From a virus: 64,000 nt of DNA. Below, piece by piece: positions 48,133 through 58,278 of this stretch. The stretch spans positions 50,444 to 114,443 of IMG/VR virus record IMGVR_UViG_3300042556_001053; one strand, 5' to 3'. The position numbers and the translations under genes were made by a program. How positions within the stretch are numbered: position 1 is the stretch's first letter; each line of letters begins with the position of its first letter. The notes under the pieces are model-generated. The model was not told the DNA's origin. It made no database searches and worked only from the letters and a program-made list of their open reading frames with translations.

Positions 48133-49600
48133 GCTTAAAGGGTTTGGACCAGCATACGTTATAAATCTTAAAGACCATACTCATAGATTAAAGAACGTAA
48201 AGGAACAGTTCAAAAAATATGGAGTTGCTGACTATACAATTGTTGAGGCTGTAGACGGTAGAAATAGCGATCTGTCTGATCAAATATCTGGAAAGTATCC
48301 AAAACTAAAACCATCAGAAATTGGATGCATGATGTCTCATATAAAGACTATAAAGCATTGGCTTGACACTTCTAATAGTGAGTATGCAATTATTATGGAA
48401 GATGACTTTAGTTTTGATACCGTTGAATATTGGTCATGGGACTGGGAATATGTAATGAACAACTTACCCAAAAGGTGGGATATTATTCAACTAATAATGA
48501 TCAAGCATGAACCAGTAACATTTAGCATGCATAAAAAAGAAAAATATAACGTAAATCAAAGAATGTCATATTCTTGGTCAACTGCATGTTACATAATTAA
48601 TAGAAAGTATGCAGAAGCAGTAGTCAATAGACACATTGAAGATGATAAATATGTTCTTAAAAACTACGGACTTAAAAATCAAGCAGCAGATGTTATATTA
48701 TATAATCTTGGTGAGGCATACTCAATGCCACTGTTTACACATATTGTAGATGCAGAACATTCAATTAACAAAAGCCATGAGGATTTTCATTCAAAATCTA
48801 GCAAAAATATAAATAAATGGTGGGAAAAAAATGGAAAGCTTTATCCTAAAGAAGAGTTTTTTGATATAAACAATGGACTTAATAAGAAGATTGGCAAGCC
48901 TAGTATTTGTTTTAAAATATTTCATAACGAAGAAGACACGCCTCTCATGGAAAAAAGAAATATTCTGACTAAGCGTGCTATCACACAATTAGATAAAGAC
49001 TTTGACAATTTTGATACACCAACAATAATGATGAGAAACATAGAAGACATACAGGAATTTTATAAAAAATCAGATATTAAGGTTGACCCAAAAGGTTGGC
49101 TTGGTGAAGGATGGAAGCCTGGAGAACTTGGAATTTGGGCTAGCAACTATACTGCATGGGCAAACTTTGCTAACTCTAACTATGATCATATAATATTAAT
49201 GGAAGATGATATACAGCTTTCAAAAGATTTTAGTGAAAGACTATACGAATACATAGATGAGCTGCCAGAGGACTGGGATGTATTCACCGTCTATGTTCCA
49301 CCTACTGGCAATATTAGATATAAAAAAGATGGAAAACATTTAGACATTGGAAAGAAGAATGTTTGTAAGGTTTATCAGTCTTGGTCATGCTTATGCTATG
49401 TTGTAAGCAAGTCTGGTGCAAAGAAGCTGCTTGAAATGGTAAAGACTCCAGTATCAAGACCAATTGATCACTATCTATTTTATAATGAAGAACTAAATGT
49501 GTATGCTATTAAATACAACAGAGCAAACATTTGTAACATATATTCAACAACATCAACTGTTCAGCATACAAAAAAGCAAGACATGACTGGCTATCTTTAA
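48125..49600 (+). CDS. Tandem two-domain GT25 glycosyltransferase
   Basis: YVINL..R, AVDG, EIGCMMSH...MEDD, and a second GELGIWASN...MEDD...GAKKLL...PIDH domain. Confidence 0.85.
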   Translation: MSKLKGFGPAYVINLKDHTHRLKNVKEQFKKYGVADYTIVEAVDGRNSDLSDQISGKYPKLKPSEIGCMMSHIKTIKHWLDTSNSEYAIIMEDDFSFDTVEYWSWDWEYVMNNLPKRWDIIQLIMIKHEPVTFSMHKKEKYNVNQRMSYSWSTACYIINRKYAEAVVNRHIEDDKYVLKNYGLKNQAADVILYNLGEAYSMPLFTHIVDAEHSINKSHEDFHSKSSKNINKWWEKNGKLYPKEEFFDINNGLNKKIGKPSICFKIFHNEEDTPLMEKRNILTKRAITQLDKDFDNFDTPTIMMRNIEDIQEFYKKSDIKVDPKGWLGEGWKPGELGIWASNYTAWANFANSNYDHIILMEDDIQLSKDFSERLYEYIDELPEDWDVFTVYVPPTGNIRYKKDGKHLDIGKKNVCKVYQSWSCLCYVVSKSGAKKLLEMVKTPVSRPIDHYLFYNEELNVYAIKYNRANICNIYSTTSTVQHTKKQDMTGYL

Positions 49601-50295
49601 ACAAACTTATTGTAAAAATATTCTATTGCAGAGCCTTTAGGAAGTTCATTTTTGTCAATGCCTTCTCTATTTAAAAATTGATTCCAGATCTGCAGTGTAT
49701 GAGAGTATTTACATTTATCTAAAACCTCATCTAGGTGCTCGCTCATCCAAATCTTTTTCCATTGCCAGAAATGAATTGGATAGAAAACCTTTGGTTGCTG
49801 TGCATATCTTAAAAGACCAAGCTTTTTAGCACACTTTGTTACAAGTAGTGGTCCTATCTCTGACCAAACTATCTTTGTCTTATCGTACTTAACTGAGTTA
49901 TCTATTAGCATGGTAACAAGTTCAGAGTCTTGTGGCATTCTTAATATACCGTTTGCAAGTCGCCCCTCTTCTTCATACCCAAACAGGTAATCTCCAAAAT
50001 CCCATTTGTGTCTAAGGCATATAGAGTCTGTATCAGTCCATGTAAGACCTGTTTTTTGTATCATTGTATATCTAAACATATCTGCAAATGGTCCATATGA
50101 ATTCTGTATTGTAAAAATCTCAGACTCAGGAATTATTTTATTAGCATCTTCCTTTACTACTCCTTGTGGGACCTTCATGTTCATGTCATAAACAAACAGG
50201 GTAAAGGAATGACCATAATATATAAAAGATGCAAGGGCTGTTTGCTCAACTTTGCTTAATGGATTACCTATCCATAATGATCCAAAATCAGCCAT
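49597..50295 (-). CDS. GT32-like DXD glycosyltransferase
   Basis: SLWIG, FADMFRY, WTDTD, IGPLLVT, FYPI motifs. Confidence 0.75.
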   Translation of the reverse strand: MADFGSLWIGNPLSKVEQTALASFIYYGHSFTLFVYDMNMKVPQGVVKEDANKIIPESEIFTIQNSYGPFADMFRYTMIQKTGLTWTDTDSICLRHKWDFGDYLFGYEEEGRLANGILRMPQDSELVTMLIDNSVKYDKTKIVWSEIGPLLVTKCAKKLGLLRYAQQPKVFYPIHFWQWKKIWMSEHLDEVLDKCKYSHTLQIWNQFLNREGIDKNELPKGSAIEYFYNKFV

Positions 50296-50312
50296 GACTA
50301 TATCCTATCATA

Positions 50313-50346
50313 CAAAAAGAAAAGCCAGCCCATTTCTAGGCTGGCC
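50313..50346 (-). terminator. Intrinsic terminator
   Basis: GCCAGCC/GGCTGGC stem plus U-tract on the minus strand after 50361. Confidence 0.7.
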
Positions 50347-50360
50347 CTCTTTATTTGATA

Positions 50361-50648
50361 CTACTTAACCTGATTAGGCTTTCCACCACCAGAAGACTTC
50401 TTAGCAGCCTTCTTTACAGGTGCTTTAGCAGCCTTCAGAGCCTTCTCTACGTCCTTAGCATCTGGTAGTACACCAAACGCCTTGTCGTTAGGGTTAATTG
50501 CTCTAATTGCTACGGGTGCAATCGCTGCAACAAGTGCAGTCCATAGATCCTTTGGATCTGTCACGCCTGCCATATATAGGGCAAGTCCTGATGCAAGAAC
50601 TGATCTTCCGTATGAAGATAGTAGTGCTTTTAGTTGTTCTGTATTCAT
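50361..50648 (-). CDS. Holin-like membrane protein with Lys/Ala-rich tail
   Basis: SYGRS..A, two hydrophobic segments, RAINPND.AFG. Confidence 0.55.
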   Translation of the reverse strand: MNTEQLKALLSSYGRSVLASGLALYMAGVTDPKDLWTALVAAIAPVAIRAINPNDKAFGVLPDAKDVEKALKAAKAPVKKAAKKSSGGGKPNQVK

Positions 50649-50697
50649 ATTTTTCCTCCTAGGATATATGATCATATTCTGATCATAATGAAGCTAC

Positions 50698-51549
50698 CTA
50701 TGTTTTAGATAACCCCAATTCTCTGTATTCTTTTATAAAAGATATAAGATTTTCTCTTTCTTGTGGTTGATGTCCATTCATTAATATTTCAGTAATACCC
50801 TCTGATTCTAATTTTTTTATAAAAATATCAAACTCTTCGTGGGTAAAGTATTCAATGTCAGTGACTTGACCATTCTTTTCACCATCTTTCCAAATTGGTC
50901 TTTTACCGTAATCTTCAGACAAGTCTAACTCTTCATGTGTCTTTCTTATTATTGGCGTTATGGCCAACATTATATTTCTTCCTTTAATATCAAAACTACT
51001 GCCATTGTCTTGTTGTTCGTTTTCAGTAATTAATGTCCAGTACCCATTTTTATAATCTCTATATGGAAGAATTATTTTGTTGTTGTATTCTGATGTTGCA
51101 TTAAATACATATTCATTAGTTGTAGAAACATAAAAGTCTAAAGGCTTTTTCCTTTTGTTTCCAGGCATAGTATTTAACATTTTAACATAATCTATCATGT
51201 AGTTTGATCTATCAATACGACTTGAATCATCTCTTACATCACCTAATATACCACCAAATTCTTCTTCATGTTTTTTTATATATCCAGATATTAAATTTAT
51301 CTGTAATCTATTGGGCGCTATTTGATTAATTGATTTATTAATCATGCACAGATATTGTGGAGATATAGCGTATGGTCTAATTGCAACCAAGTATTTTATC
51401 TTTTCATTTTTTCTAATATCTCTTGCAATATGTGTAAACACATCACCAATTACTGCATCGTATACAAACATGACTCCATCAAAATGGCTTTGTTCTAATC
51501 TGGTTATTTCACCAGGGTTAAAATTACCACCAAAATAATAGAAGTTCAT
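50698..51549 (-). CDS. Luciferase-like monooxygenase family protein
   Basis: IKYLVAIRPYAISPQY...RLQINLISG motif. Confidence 0.7.
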   Translation of the reverse strand: MNFYYFGGNFNPGEITRLEQSHFDGVMFVYDAVIGDVFTHIARDIRKNEKIKYLVAIRPYAISPQYLCMINKSINQIAPNRLQINLISGYIKKHEEEFGGILGDVRDDSSRIDRSNYMIDYVKMLNTMPGNKRKKPLDFYVSTTNEYVFNATSEYNNKIILPYRDYKNGYWTLITENEQQDNGSSFDIKGRNIMLAITPIIRKTHEELDLSEDYGKRPIWKDGEKNGQVTDIEYFTHEEFDIFIKKLESEGITEILMNGHQPQERENLISFIKEYRELGLSKT

Positions 51550-51556
51550 GTATCTA

Positions 51557-51715
51557 TTATCTCATATATCCTGAAAGTATGTAGTAGCCAAGCCATAAAC
51601 CAATGATGCCAGCGACACCAGCAAAAACTGGTGGTGCTGGAACTGGTAGCTTAAATGCAGCAAATACTACACCGCAACCAAAACCTGTAAGTATTGACAG
51701 GAATATGTCTTTCAT
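51557..51715 (-). CDS. XapX/DUF1427 small membrane protein (not in ORF track)
   Basis: G...GVVFAAFKLPVPAPPVFAGVAGIIGLWLG; GAGGAG RBS. Confidence 0.75.
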   Translation of the reverse strand: MKDIFLSILTGFGCGVVFAAFKLPVPAPPVFAGVAGIIGLWLGYYILSGYMR

Positions 51716-52670
51716 TTTTCCTCCTCAGATGGTAAAAGTTTTTTTAGCTCTTTATACTCTTGTGATATTTTTTTCATTGAGTGATAGTGTGGATAAGCAT
51801 CTCCTACTAACCCATACTCATCAAAGTATGCGATCTCTGGCTCAATTTCATTAACAAACTTTTTAAGACCAGACTGAACATCTTCAATATATTCGTATGC
51901 CCAATCACGAGAGTCAGATAAAAACTTGATAAAGTTTTCTTTGTGCACGTCGTTGTCAGACTCTTGTTGCTTAGTGCTATTAAAAACATCTTGCACCTTT
52001 ACTAAAGACATAGCTAGGGTTAACATTCTTTGTCTAAGCAGAATAACCTTTAATGTCAATAAAATTGATGCCGTACTAACAGCAACAAGCAATAGTCCAA
52101 TTATCATTGTAGTTAAATCCATTTATTTTACCGCTTCCCTAGATACTAACACAATTGCACCCTCCATCTCAAGAGCATTCTTAAGCTGAACAACATACTG
52201 TAATGCTTTTATTTTTTCATCATGATTCATAGAAATAAAGTCATACTCATTAAGTTTGATTGTAAGGAAATGATCATTGTCTATTAGTTTTACTGAAAAA
52301 CCTTTAGGAGCAGTAATAGAGTGAAATGCTCTACGCATTGAATCAGTGTACATTTACTTTAATCCTTTTTCTTATCAACAAAATTAAATACTTCTTCAAG
52401 TGTTTCCCAGCCCATGTCTTCATCAACTTCTAACGCTGCAAGAAATATATCCCATGTTTCATAAACATACTGTGTTGCAAGTTCATTTGGCTCAACAAGA
52501 TCGTTGTCAACTAGGAATGCAATTGGAAGTCCAATATCGTTATATTCAATAAAATCCTTAAAGTATTTATCTGACTTATAGTCCATCCATAGTTCACCTA
52601 GTATTGAGCATATTGACTCAAAACTAGTTACTTCTTTTCTATTGTTAGACTTGTCCACATTTGACCCCAT
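51712..52670 (-). CDS. Three hypothetical genes (51712-52122, 52123-52353, 52359-52670)
   Basis: Contiguous operon-like ORFs. Confidence 0.65.
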
Positions 52671-52915
52671 TTTTCTTTAGTTCTATGTCTACTAAACTCT
52701 CTGGATATTTCACCGTTCTCTAAGTATATACCGCCCCAAACACCCCACTCTTTGCCTGACACACCGTTAGCAAAGCATACCCTTTGAACTGGGCATGACT
52801 GACATAAGGAATCTATTTTTGGTCTTAAAGATTCATCTTCTTCGTATTTATCAAAAAATAAATTAGTATCTGAATCAAAACAACGTCCTTCATCTTTCCA
52901 TAAGTGTTGTTTCAT
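52628..52915 (-). CDS. whiB: WhiB family transcription factor
   Basis: C...D..LFF...CQSCPVQRVC...GVWGG. Confidence 0.9.
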   Translation of the reverse strand: MKQHLWKDEGRCFDSDTNLFFDKYEEDESLRPKIDSLCQSCPVQRVCFANGVSGKEWGVWGGIYLENGEISREFSRHRTKEKWGQMWTSLTIEKK

Positions 52916-52917
52916 AT

Positions 52918-53127
52918 TTATACCTTATATCTATTTGGAATATCCCACCCATTGCGATCAGGTACAAAGTTTTTAGCTAAAAACCATTTTCCATTACGAT
53001 AGATTCCATTGATAGCTGTCTTTGCCATATCAGATTGCTTTGTTTCTACAACTGTCCAGCCATCCCAATGTAGATTGTAGTTCTTTGCAACAATCTTTTC
53101 CATTGTGTTTAAATTATTTATAATCAT
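52918..53127 (-). CDS. Hypothetical protein
   Basis: AGGGG RBS; LHWDGWTVV motif. Confidence 0.6.
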   Translation of the reverse strand: MIINNLNTMEKIVAKNYNLHWDGWTVVETKQSDMAKTAINGIYRNGKWFLAKNFVPDRNGWDIPNRYKV

Positions 53128-53137
53128 TTTTACCCCT

Positions 53138-53488
53138 TTAGTATCGGAAAATTCCAACTTCAATGTTATTTTGTTCTGCAGTCGTAACAAGTTTAGATAC
53201 AGGCTGCTTAGGTTTACTAAGAAAAGCAAGATAGTTGACACTCTTGATATTTTCTTCAATGTACCATGTAGGCACCTGTATAAACTTAATCTTTCGTCCA
53301 CGAGACTTCATACCTCTTTCTGAAAGATTACAAAACTCAGAAACAAAAGAGTTAACTGCAGCAGGTCCTGCTGAGTAAACTAAAAATTCTTTGTCCCCAT
53401 CTTGCATTCCAGAAAGAGCGACACCCATAGCACGAAGAAAGACTTGATAATCATCAAAGTCAGTTGTTCCATGCACCGCTACTATCAT
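53138..53488 (-). CDS. SLOG/YspA-like protein
   Basis: MIVAVHGTTDFDDY N-terminal motif. Confidence 0.5.
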   Translation of the reverse strand: MIVAVHGTTDFDDYQVFLRAMGVALSGMQDGDKEFLVYSAGPAAVNSFVSEFCNLSERGMKSRGRKIKFIQVPTWYIEENIKSVNYLAFLSKPKQPVSKLVTTAEQNNIEVGIFRY

Positions 53489-53879
53489 CAGAATTTCCAT
53501 TCTTTAAACTATCCAAAATGAATAGCATCTTATCAATATCCCGATTTGACATATTGTTTGTATCAATTGGCCTTACAGTTTCTGGATTAACCAATCCTTC
53601 AACAGTATCAGCTGTATAAAACATATTGTCATGAACCCAATATGCATGATCTTCTATTATCAAAACCCTAACCGTATTGTTTTTCAAATGCTTTCTTGCT
53701 TGAGAAAGCGGTTTTGGCTTTTCAAAAAGATCATTAGGGATAAAGTTCTTTACTATTTTGTGTATATCACTTTGTGTATATACTACCTTAGAAAAGTACT
53801 TATCCTTCTTTTTTACTGCTACTATAATTATAGAGCATACCACTATCAATGTCAAGCTGATAGCTAATAACTCAATCAT
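53460..53879 (-). CDS. Membrane-anchored hypothetical protein
   Basis: N-terminal TM helix. Confidence 0.6.
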   Translation of the reverse strand: MIELLAISLTLIVVCSIIIVAVKKKDKYFSKVVYTQSDIHKIVKNFIPNDLFEKPKPLSQARKHLKNNTVRVLIIEDHAYWVHDNMFYTADTVEGLVNPETVRPIDTNNMSNRDIDKMLFILDSLKNGNSDDSSGAWNN

Positions 53880-54012
53880 TAGTTTTCCTTTTTAGGATGC
53901 TTAACAGTATAATTATCAATAATAGATTTAATTGTACCGTTTTTATTTAAACGAACAATCTTTCCGTTTTTAATCTGTGTTGGATTAAATGATCCAGATT
54001 TCTTCTTTGGCA

Positions 54013-54993
54013 TTAGATATTACCATTTTCTGTTGGCTTAAATATGTGTGTCAGTGATTGAGACGTTGTGTAGTCTTTACCAAAGTCAGCAAACAATGCT
54101 TTATCTCTTTCACGATTAGCAATTCCTCTTGACCATGAGTAACCTGCGTCTCCACCCCATGCAAGCCACATGATGTATCCATTAGATGGGTTTGCTGAGT
54201 TGCCCCAGTCCTTACCCTTCTTATCTACTTCATGGCGTGAGAAGTATGAGTACATTCTCTTAACAGTGCTAAGAGATATTGTTTCTCCTCTTGCTAACTG
54301 CCCTGCACGAGTCCAACCAACTGCAGTTCCTGCACCAGTTGCTTTGCCATCTTCTTTAAACTTAAGTGCTCTACGAGCTGCAGATCTTGCACCAGCAGGT
54401 GGTGAGTAACCTTCTGCTTTTGATACTGTATCTGTATCGTATTCAACTGTGTCATCATCTTCAAACAAGTCATCTGCTTTTGCTACTGGAACACAGTTAG
54501 GAACCATCCTACCGCCTTCTCCAGGCTTCATTCCACGTTGTACATATCCATCCCAACATGGTGCTTTCTTGTTCATTTCATCTTGACAAACTGGACATTC
54601 TGGGCAATCAACATTTAGCTCTTTGCATGTTTCGCATCCACAACCTTGATATGCTTTACCAATTGATGCCTCTGCTGGGCAACAATGAGATTTGCCAATT
54701 GATGAGTCGTACATAGCCATCTCTACCTCTGAATCCATTGTATGATTTTCCATATCTGCTATAGTTGCATCCTGATACATCATGCCAATACTGTATGCGG
54801 TTGGCTTCCACTTACCATCTTCTTCTTCATAAATTCTAACAGCCATTGCTGGATTTTCTGGTGGCATAGACTGAATTGCATACTCTGTTCCAGGAACTCC
54901 GTATACCCCACCCTCAACCATAATATGTTCTACAACACCATGGACAAGACCCTCAGATGTTGTGCCCATAACAAAGTCGCCTTCTTTTATCAT
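54013..54993 (-). CDS. Multidomain phage head-associated protein
   Basis: PCWDGY...GMK...MVPNCVP motif and GTAVGWTRAGQLA...VKRMYSYFSRH...WLAWGGDAG domain seen in phage head/portal-linked proteins. Confidence 0.5.
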   Translation of the reverse strand: MIKEGDFVMGTTSEGLVHGVVEHIMVEGGVYGVPGTEYAIQSMPPENPAMAVRIYEEEDGKWKPTAYSIGMMYQDATIADMENHTMDSEVEMAMYDSSIGKSHCCPAEASIGKAYQGCGCETCKELNVDCPECPVCQDEMNKKAPCWDGYVQRGMKPGEGGRMVPNCVPVAKADDLFEDDDTVEYDTDTVSKAEGYSPPAGARSAARRALKFKEDGKATGAGTAVGWTRAGQLARGETISLSTVKRMYSYFSRHEVDKKGKDWGNSANPSNGYIMWLAWGGDAGYSWSRGIANRERDKALFADFGKDYTTSQSLTHIFKPTENGNI

Positions 54994-55005
54994 ATAAAGA
55001 TTATA

Positions 55006-55350
55006 TCAGAATTCTTTGGGCTTTACGACTCTTTTTAGCTCTTGAAGAGACCACTTCTCTTGTTTGGAAAGCTTTGCGACCTCTTCTTGGTTATAAGATT
55101 TTTTAGTTAATGATATTAGAGGGTCATCTTGAAGAAAGTCTATGTCAACATATCCTTTTTCCCAAAGCACCATAAGCTCAGCATTAACAAAGTTAAGGTG
55201 GTCATGATACAACTCTGGCATTATTTCTTTGACCTTTGGAGTAAAAGAGTATAACATTTCACCAGTATCAGGGTCTACACCAGCGACCTCTATGCCACCC
55301 TCAAGAATAAGGTTATCTATTATTTTACTAATAGAGTCATCATCAAACAT
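55006..55350 (-). CDS. Hypothetical protein
   Basis: GVDPDTGEMLY...LWEKGY. Confidence 0.6.
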   Translation of the reverse strand: MFDDDSISKIIDNLILEGGIEVAGVDPDTGEMLYSFTPKVKEIMPELYHDHLNFVNAELMVLWEKGYVDIDFLQDDPLISLTKKSYNQEEVAKLSKQEKWSLQELKRVVKPKEF

Positions 55351-55594
55351 CTACAAAGTCCAGGAACTCTTGACGAGTCTTTGCACCATTCATACGTTTT
55401 ACTTCTCTTCCATCTTCTAGAAGTATGTATGTTGGTACAGACTTGATACCAAACTTTTTAAGTAGCTCTATTTCCGTATCTGCATCAACAAAAATAAAAT
55501 CAATTACTCCATCTTTTTTTAGCTCTTCTGCTATTGGTCTGGTACGCTGACAAGGATTACACCACTCAGCAGTAAAGTATAATACGTGACTCAC
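55343..55594 (-). CDS. Thioredoxin
   Basis: WCNPC and SVPT motifs. Confidence 0.9.
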   Translation of the reverse strand: MSHVLYFTAEWCNPCQRTRPIAEELKKDGVIDFIFVDADTEIELLKKFGIKSVPTYILLEDGREVKRMNGAKTRQEFLDFVDV

Positions 55595-55998
55595 TTGCCA
55601 GACTTCTTTCTAGCCTTTGCAAGAGCATCAAAATCTTTTACCTTCGTATCACCTAAGTATCCCCATGCATAACCGTCATTAATCATCATGTCATTAAGAG
55701 ATTCTGTGTCTCCATTAATATATACCCATCCTAAAATGCGACCATACTTTTCAGATGAATCCATTTTCTCAGTCTTAATCACAACAGACTTGGCATCCTT
55801 TAAAGCCTTTTTTAAATACTCCTTGGACTCAAGTCCTAGAGCTTTTTCTTTAAGATCCTTTGTGCGAGACTCAGGGGTATCAATGCCAGCCAGTCTTACA
55901 CGAGATGCAAATAGGATATCAAACCCTAAATCAATAAGAACGTCAATGGTATCTCCATCTACTACATTCTCTACTTTTCTTACATAGTATTCATACAT
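55591..55998 (-). CDS. Staphylococcal-nuclease-like thermonuclease
   Basis: VVDGDT, RLAGIDTPE, KYGRIL motifs. Confidence 0.9.
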   Translation of the reverse strand: MYEYYVRKVENVVDGDTIDVLIDLGFDILFASRVRLAGIDTPESRTKDLKEKALGLESKEYLKKALKDAKSVVIKTEKMDSSEKYGRILGWVYINGDTESLNDMMINDGYAWGYLGDTKVKDFDALAKARKKSGK

Positions 55999-56201
55999 TA
56001 TTTTCTCCCCCATTTAACTTTATTCCAACCACGCTCATGGAAGTAATAAAGGATTGTTTTTGTAAATACCTCAAAACTTGCAATTGCTCCAGCCGTAACT
56101 GGCTCTTTTGTTATTGCCCAAGATATTACAAAAGTATCTGCTGTACCAATTATACGCCATGTAATAGACTTTAATGCTGACCTTTGTTTGGTTACATTCA
56201 T
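55998..56201 (-). CDS. DUF2061 membrane protein
   Basis: RS..KSITWR...YYFHERGW. Confidence 0.8.
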   Translation of the reverse strand: MNVTKQRSALKSITWRIIGTADTFVISWAITKEPVTAGAIASFEVFTKTILYYFHERGWNKVKWGRK

Positions 56202-56249
56202 GATGGCCACTCCATGTTCTTGGGACCCTTGGCTAAAGAACTATAAACT

Positions 56250-57011
56250 TTATATACCCATTTCTTTACGCTTTTGCGTAGCCGATATAGCATGAATGTC
56301 TGCCCCCAAATCTACTTGTTCAATCTTATACCCAACATCACGACCATAAACAATGTTAGTAATGTTAGGTAGTCTTAGGACTAATGCACCATCCATGAAC
56401 TCATCCCTAGCGATATATCCCTTGACCTCATCAAATGTCAGTGGATCCTTTTCGCTTGTGTTGTAGGTATTGCGGACACCCAAAAGCACTTGATCAGTTC
56501 TCTTTCCAGCTTCCTTATAAAGGGCATGGTGTCCTTCGTGCCATGGTTGATAACGACCAAGCATTAAAGTCGTTGGAGCTGACCAATCATGAAGTTTAAA
56601 CTTTTGAATAATATGCGATGCCTTTGCATCAGCGTTTAAATTATGACTGATGAATGCTACATCAAAACTTGTTGGTCTTTCAAACATTTTGTTTGTATCT
56701 TCAAACCTACCCTCAGCAAGTGTATCCATAAATACAAGAATGTCTGGCTTACCAAATGCTGCACGAGTTAAATCTGTAGGGCATACAAAGTCAACAACAA
56801 CTGGAGCAACCCCCTGTTTTGCAATAAGACGAGCCATTTCTCCCATACGACGAGCCTGCTCAAGTCTATCTTCTGCACTAAAACCTAAGTCTGAGTTTAC
56901 TGTTGCTCTAACCTCATCTGCATTAAGATGAATAGCATTTATGCGTTCTTTTAGTGCCTTCGCTAATTCTGTTTTACCAGAACCTGGAAGACCTATGATC
57001 TGAATGATCAT
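56250..57011 (-). CDS. Adenylylsulfate kinase-like domain fused to HxGH nucleotidyltransferase
   Basis: GLPGSGKT, NADEVR...DLGFSAEDR; GRYQPWHEGH. Confidence 0.8.
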   Translation of the reverse strand: MIIQIIGLPGSGKTELAKALKERINAIHLNADEVRATVNSDLGFSAEDRLEQARRMGEMARLIAKQGVAPVVVDFVCPTDLTRAAFGKPDILVFMDTLAEGRFEDTNKMFERPTSFDVAFISHNLNADAKASHIIQKFKLHDWSAPTTLMLGRYQPWHEGHHALYKEAGKRTDQVLLGVRNTYNTSEKDPLTFDEVKGYIARDEFMDGALVLRLPNITNIVYGRDVGYKIEQVDLGADIHAISATQKRKEMGI

Positions 57012-57265
57012 GCGTGTGGTTCCTCTGTTGCTTTGTTTTCAATAAGCTTGTCACGCTCATCAAGTATTGTTATTGCAAAAGACATCATTTTCTTATAACT
57101 ATCTGGATTGTTCATGATGCTATTATAGTGATGTCCACAAAACATTAGTATTCCCTCAATGCCTGTTACTTGAACTAATGCTTCTGCTGCACAAGAATCA
57201 CAACGGTCTGTTGCTTTCAAGATCCATTCTGGCTTAACAGTCTCATCTTTAATCATTGTAGTCAT
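57008..57265 (-). CDS. Zinc-binding small protein
   Basis: DRCDSC...FCGHH, actinobacterial-type. Confidence 0.65.
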   Translation of the reverse strand: MTTMIKDETVKPEWILKATDRCDSCAAEALVQVTGIEGILMFCGHHYNSIMNNPDSYKKMMSFAITILDERDKLIENKATEEPHA

Positions 57266-57274
57266 AGTATACCT

Positions 57275-57457
57275 TTACTTTCTATTATCAGTGGAATAAA
57301 AACCACTACCGTTAAAAACTGCTCCTATATTAGAGTATACACGAACTAAGCTAGCATTGCAAGTTTCACATGTATAACCAGGATCGTTTTCCTTAATAGA
57401 TCTTTCTTTTGTGTACCGTTTTGCACAAGGCATACAGTCATATTCATAAACTGGCAT
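57275..57457 (-). CDS. FmdB family zinc ribbon
   Basis: MPVYEYDC..C...C..C...F.GSGFYSTD. Confidence 0.85.
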   Translation of the reverse strand: MPVYEYDCMPCAKRYTKERSIKENDPGYTCETCNASLVRVYSNIGAVFNGSGFYSTDNRK

Positions 57458-57459
57458 AA

Positions 57460-58071
57460 TTAACAATCATGAATCCATGTAACAATGGCATATTTTTCAC
57501 CAGATGTAACTGGGTGTGCTATATGTCTATAAGCATAATTAGACGGAAACACCAATAATGACCCAGCTTTTGGCTTAATCTTTATTCCAAAGTTAACGAA
57601 CTCAATCTCTCCCCCCTCGTAGTCTTCATTTAAATAAACTATGGGAGACACCACCCTTCTAGATGATGTATCTCCATCGTAATGTGCTTTGTAGTACTGT
57701 GAATCTGTATATTTTAATAAGCTATTGCTCTCTGTGTAAAAAAATGTTTCATTTATATTAAACATTGAACGATAACTATACAAGTATACATTAAGAATTT
57801 TATTAAACTTTTCATTTATATTTTTTAGATCTTTATCTGTCTCTGAGGCTTTTTTCAAAGAAAGTGAATAGTTTGTTCTTACTTTATGTATTCCAAGGTT
57901 AGCATTTTCTTCTTCACTTTTAACTTTTCCTTTTGAAAAATATACTTGAGATTCTTGGTCTGAAGATATATTACTTATAGTAATAAGGTCTTCAGCCAAG
58001 CCATCCCAAACATCTTCATATATAGCAATTACACCAGCAAGCGTATATGTTGGCTTAATTGAGTTTAACAA
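57460..58071 (-). CDS. 2OG-Fe(II) oxygenase, P4H-like
   Basis: HYD...YLNEDYEGGEI...FPSNYAYRH...KY. Confidence 0.85.
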   Translation of the reverse strand: MLNSIKPTYTLAGVIAIYEDVWDGLAEDLITISNISSDQESQVYFSKGKVKSEEENANLGIHKVRTNYSLSLKKASETDKDLKNINEKFNKILNVYLYSYRSMFNINETFFYTESNSLLKYTDSQYYKAHYDGDTSSRRVVSPIVYLNEDYEGGEIEFVNFGIKIKPKAGSLLVFPSNYAYRHIAHPVTSGEKYAIVTWIHDC

Positions 58072-58077
58072 GATTAA

Positions 58078-58278
58078 TCACTTAACCTTGTTACCAAACT
58101 TAGCCCAGACTCTTTCATGTAAGAAATATCCAAGTGCTTCCCAACCAATGTAAAGAAGAGCACCAAGACTTGCATACTCCCACTCACCAGTAAATAAATA
58201 AATTACTCCAGCAACTCCAACAAGGTGAAAAGTTTCCCAACTTGCTGTTTTTAATAGTGTTCTTTTAGTTGATTCCAT
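58078..58278 (-). CDS. DUF2061 membrane protein
   Basis: RTLLKTASW...YFLHERVW. Confidence 0.75.
   Translation of the reverse strand: MESTKRTLLKTASWETFHLVGVAGVIYLFTGEWEYASLGALLYIGWEALGYFLHERVWAKFGNKVK

Noticed and set aside
51788-51796. Single DnaA box TGTGGATAA
   Set aside because: Isolated and inside a CDS; compatible with chance.
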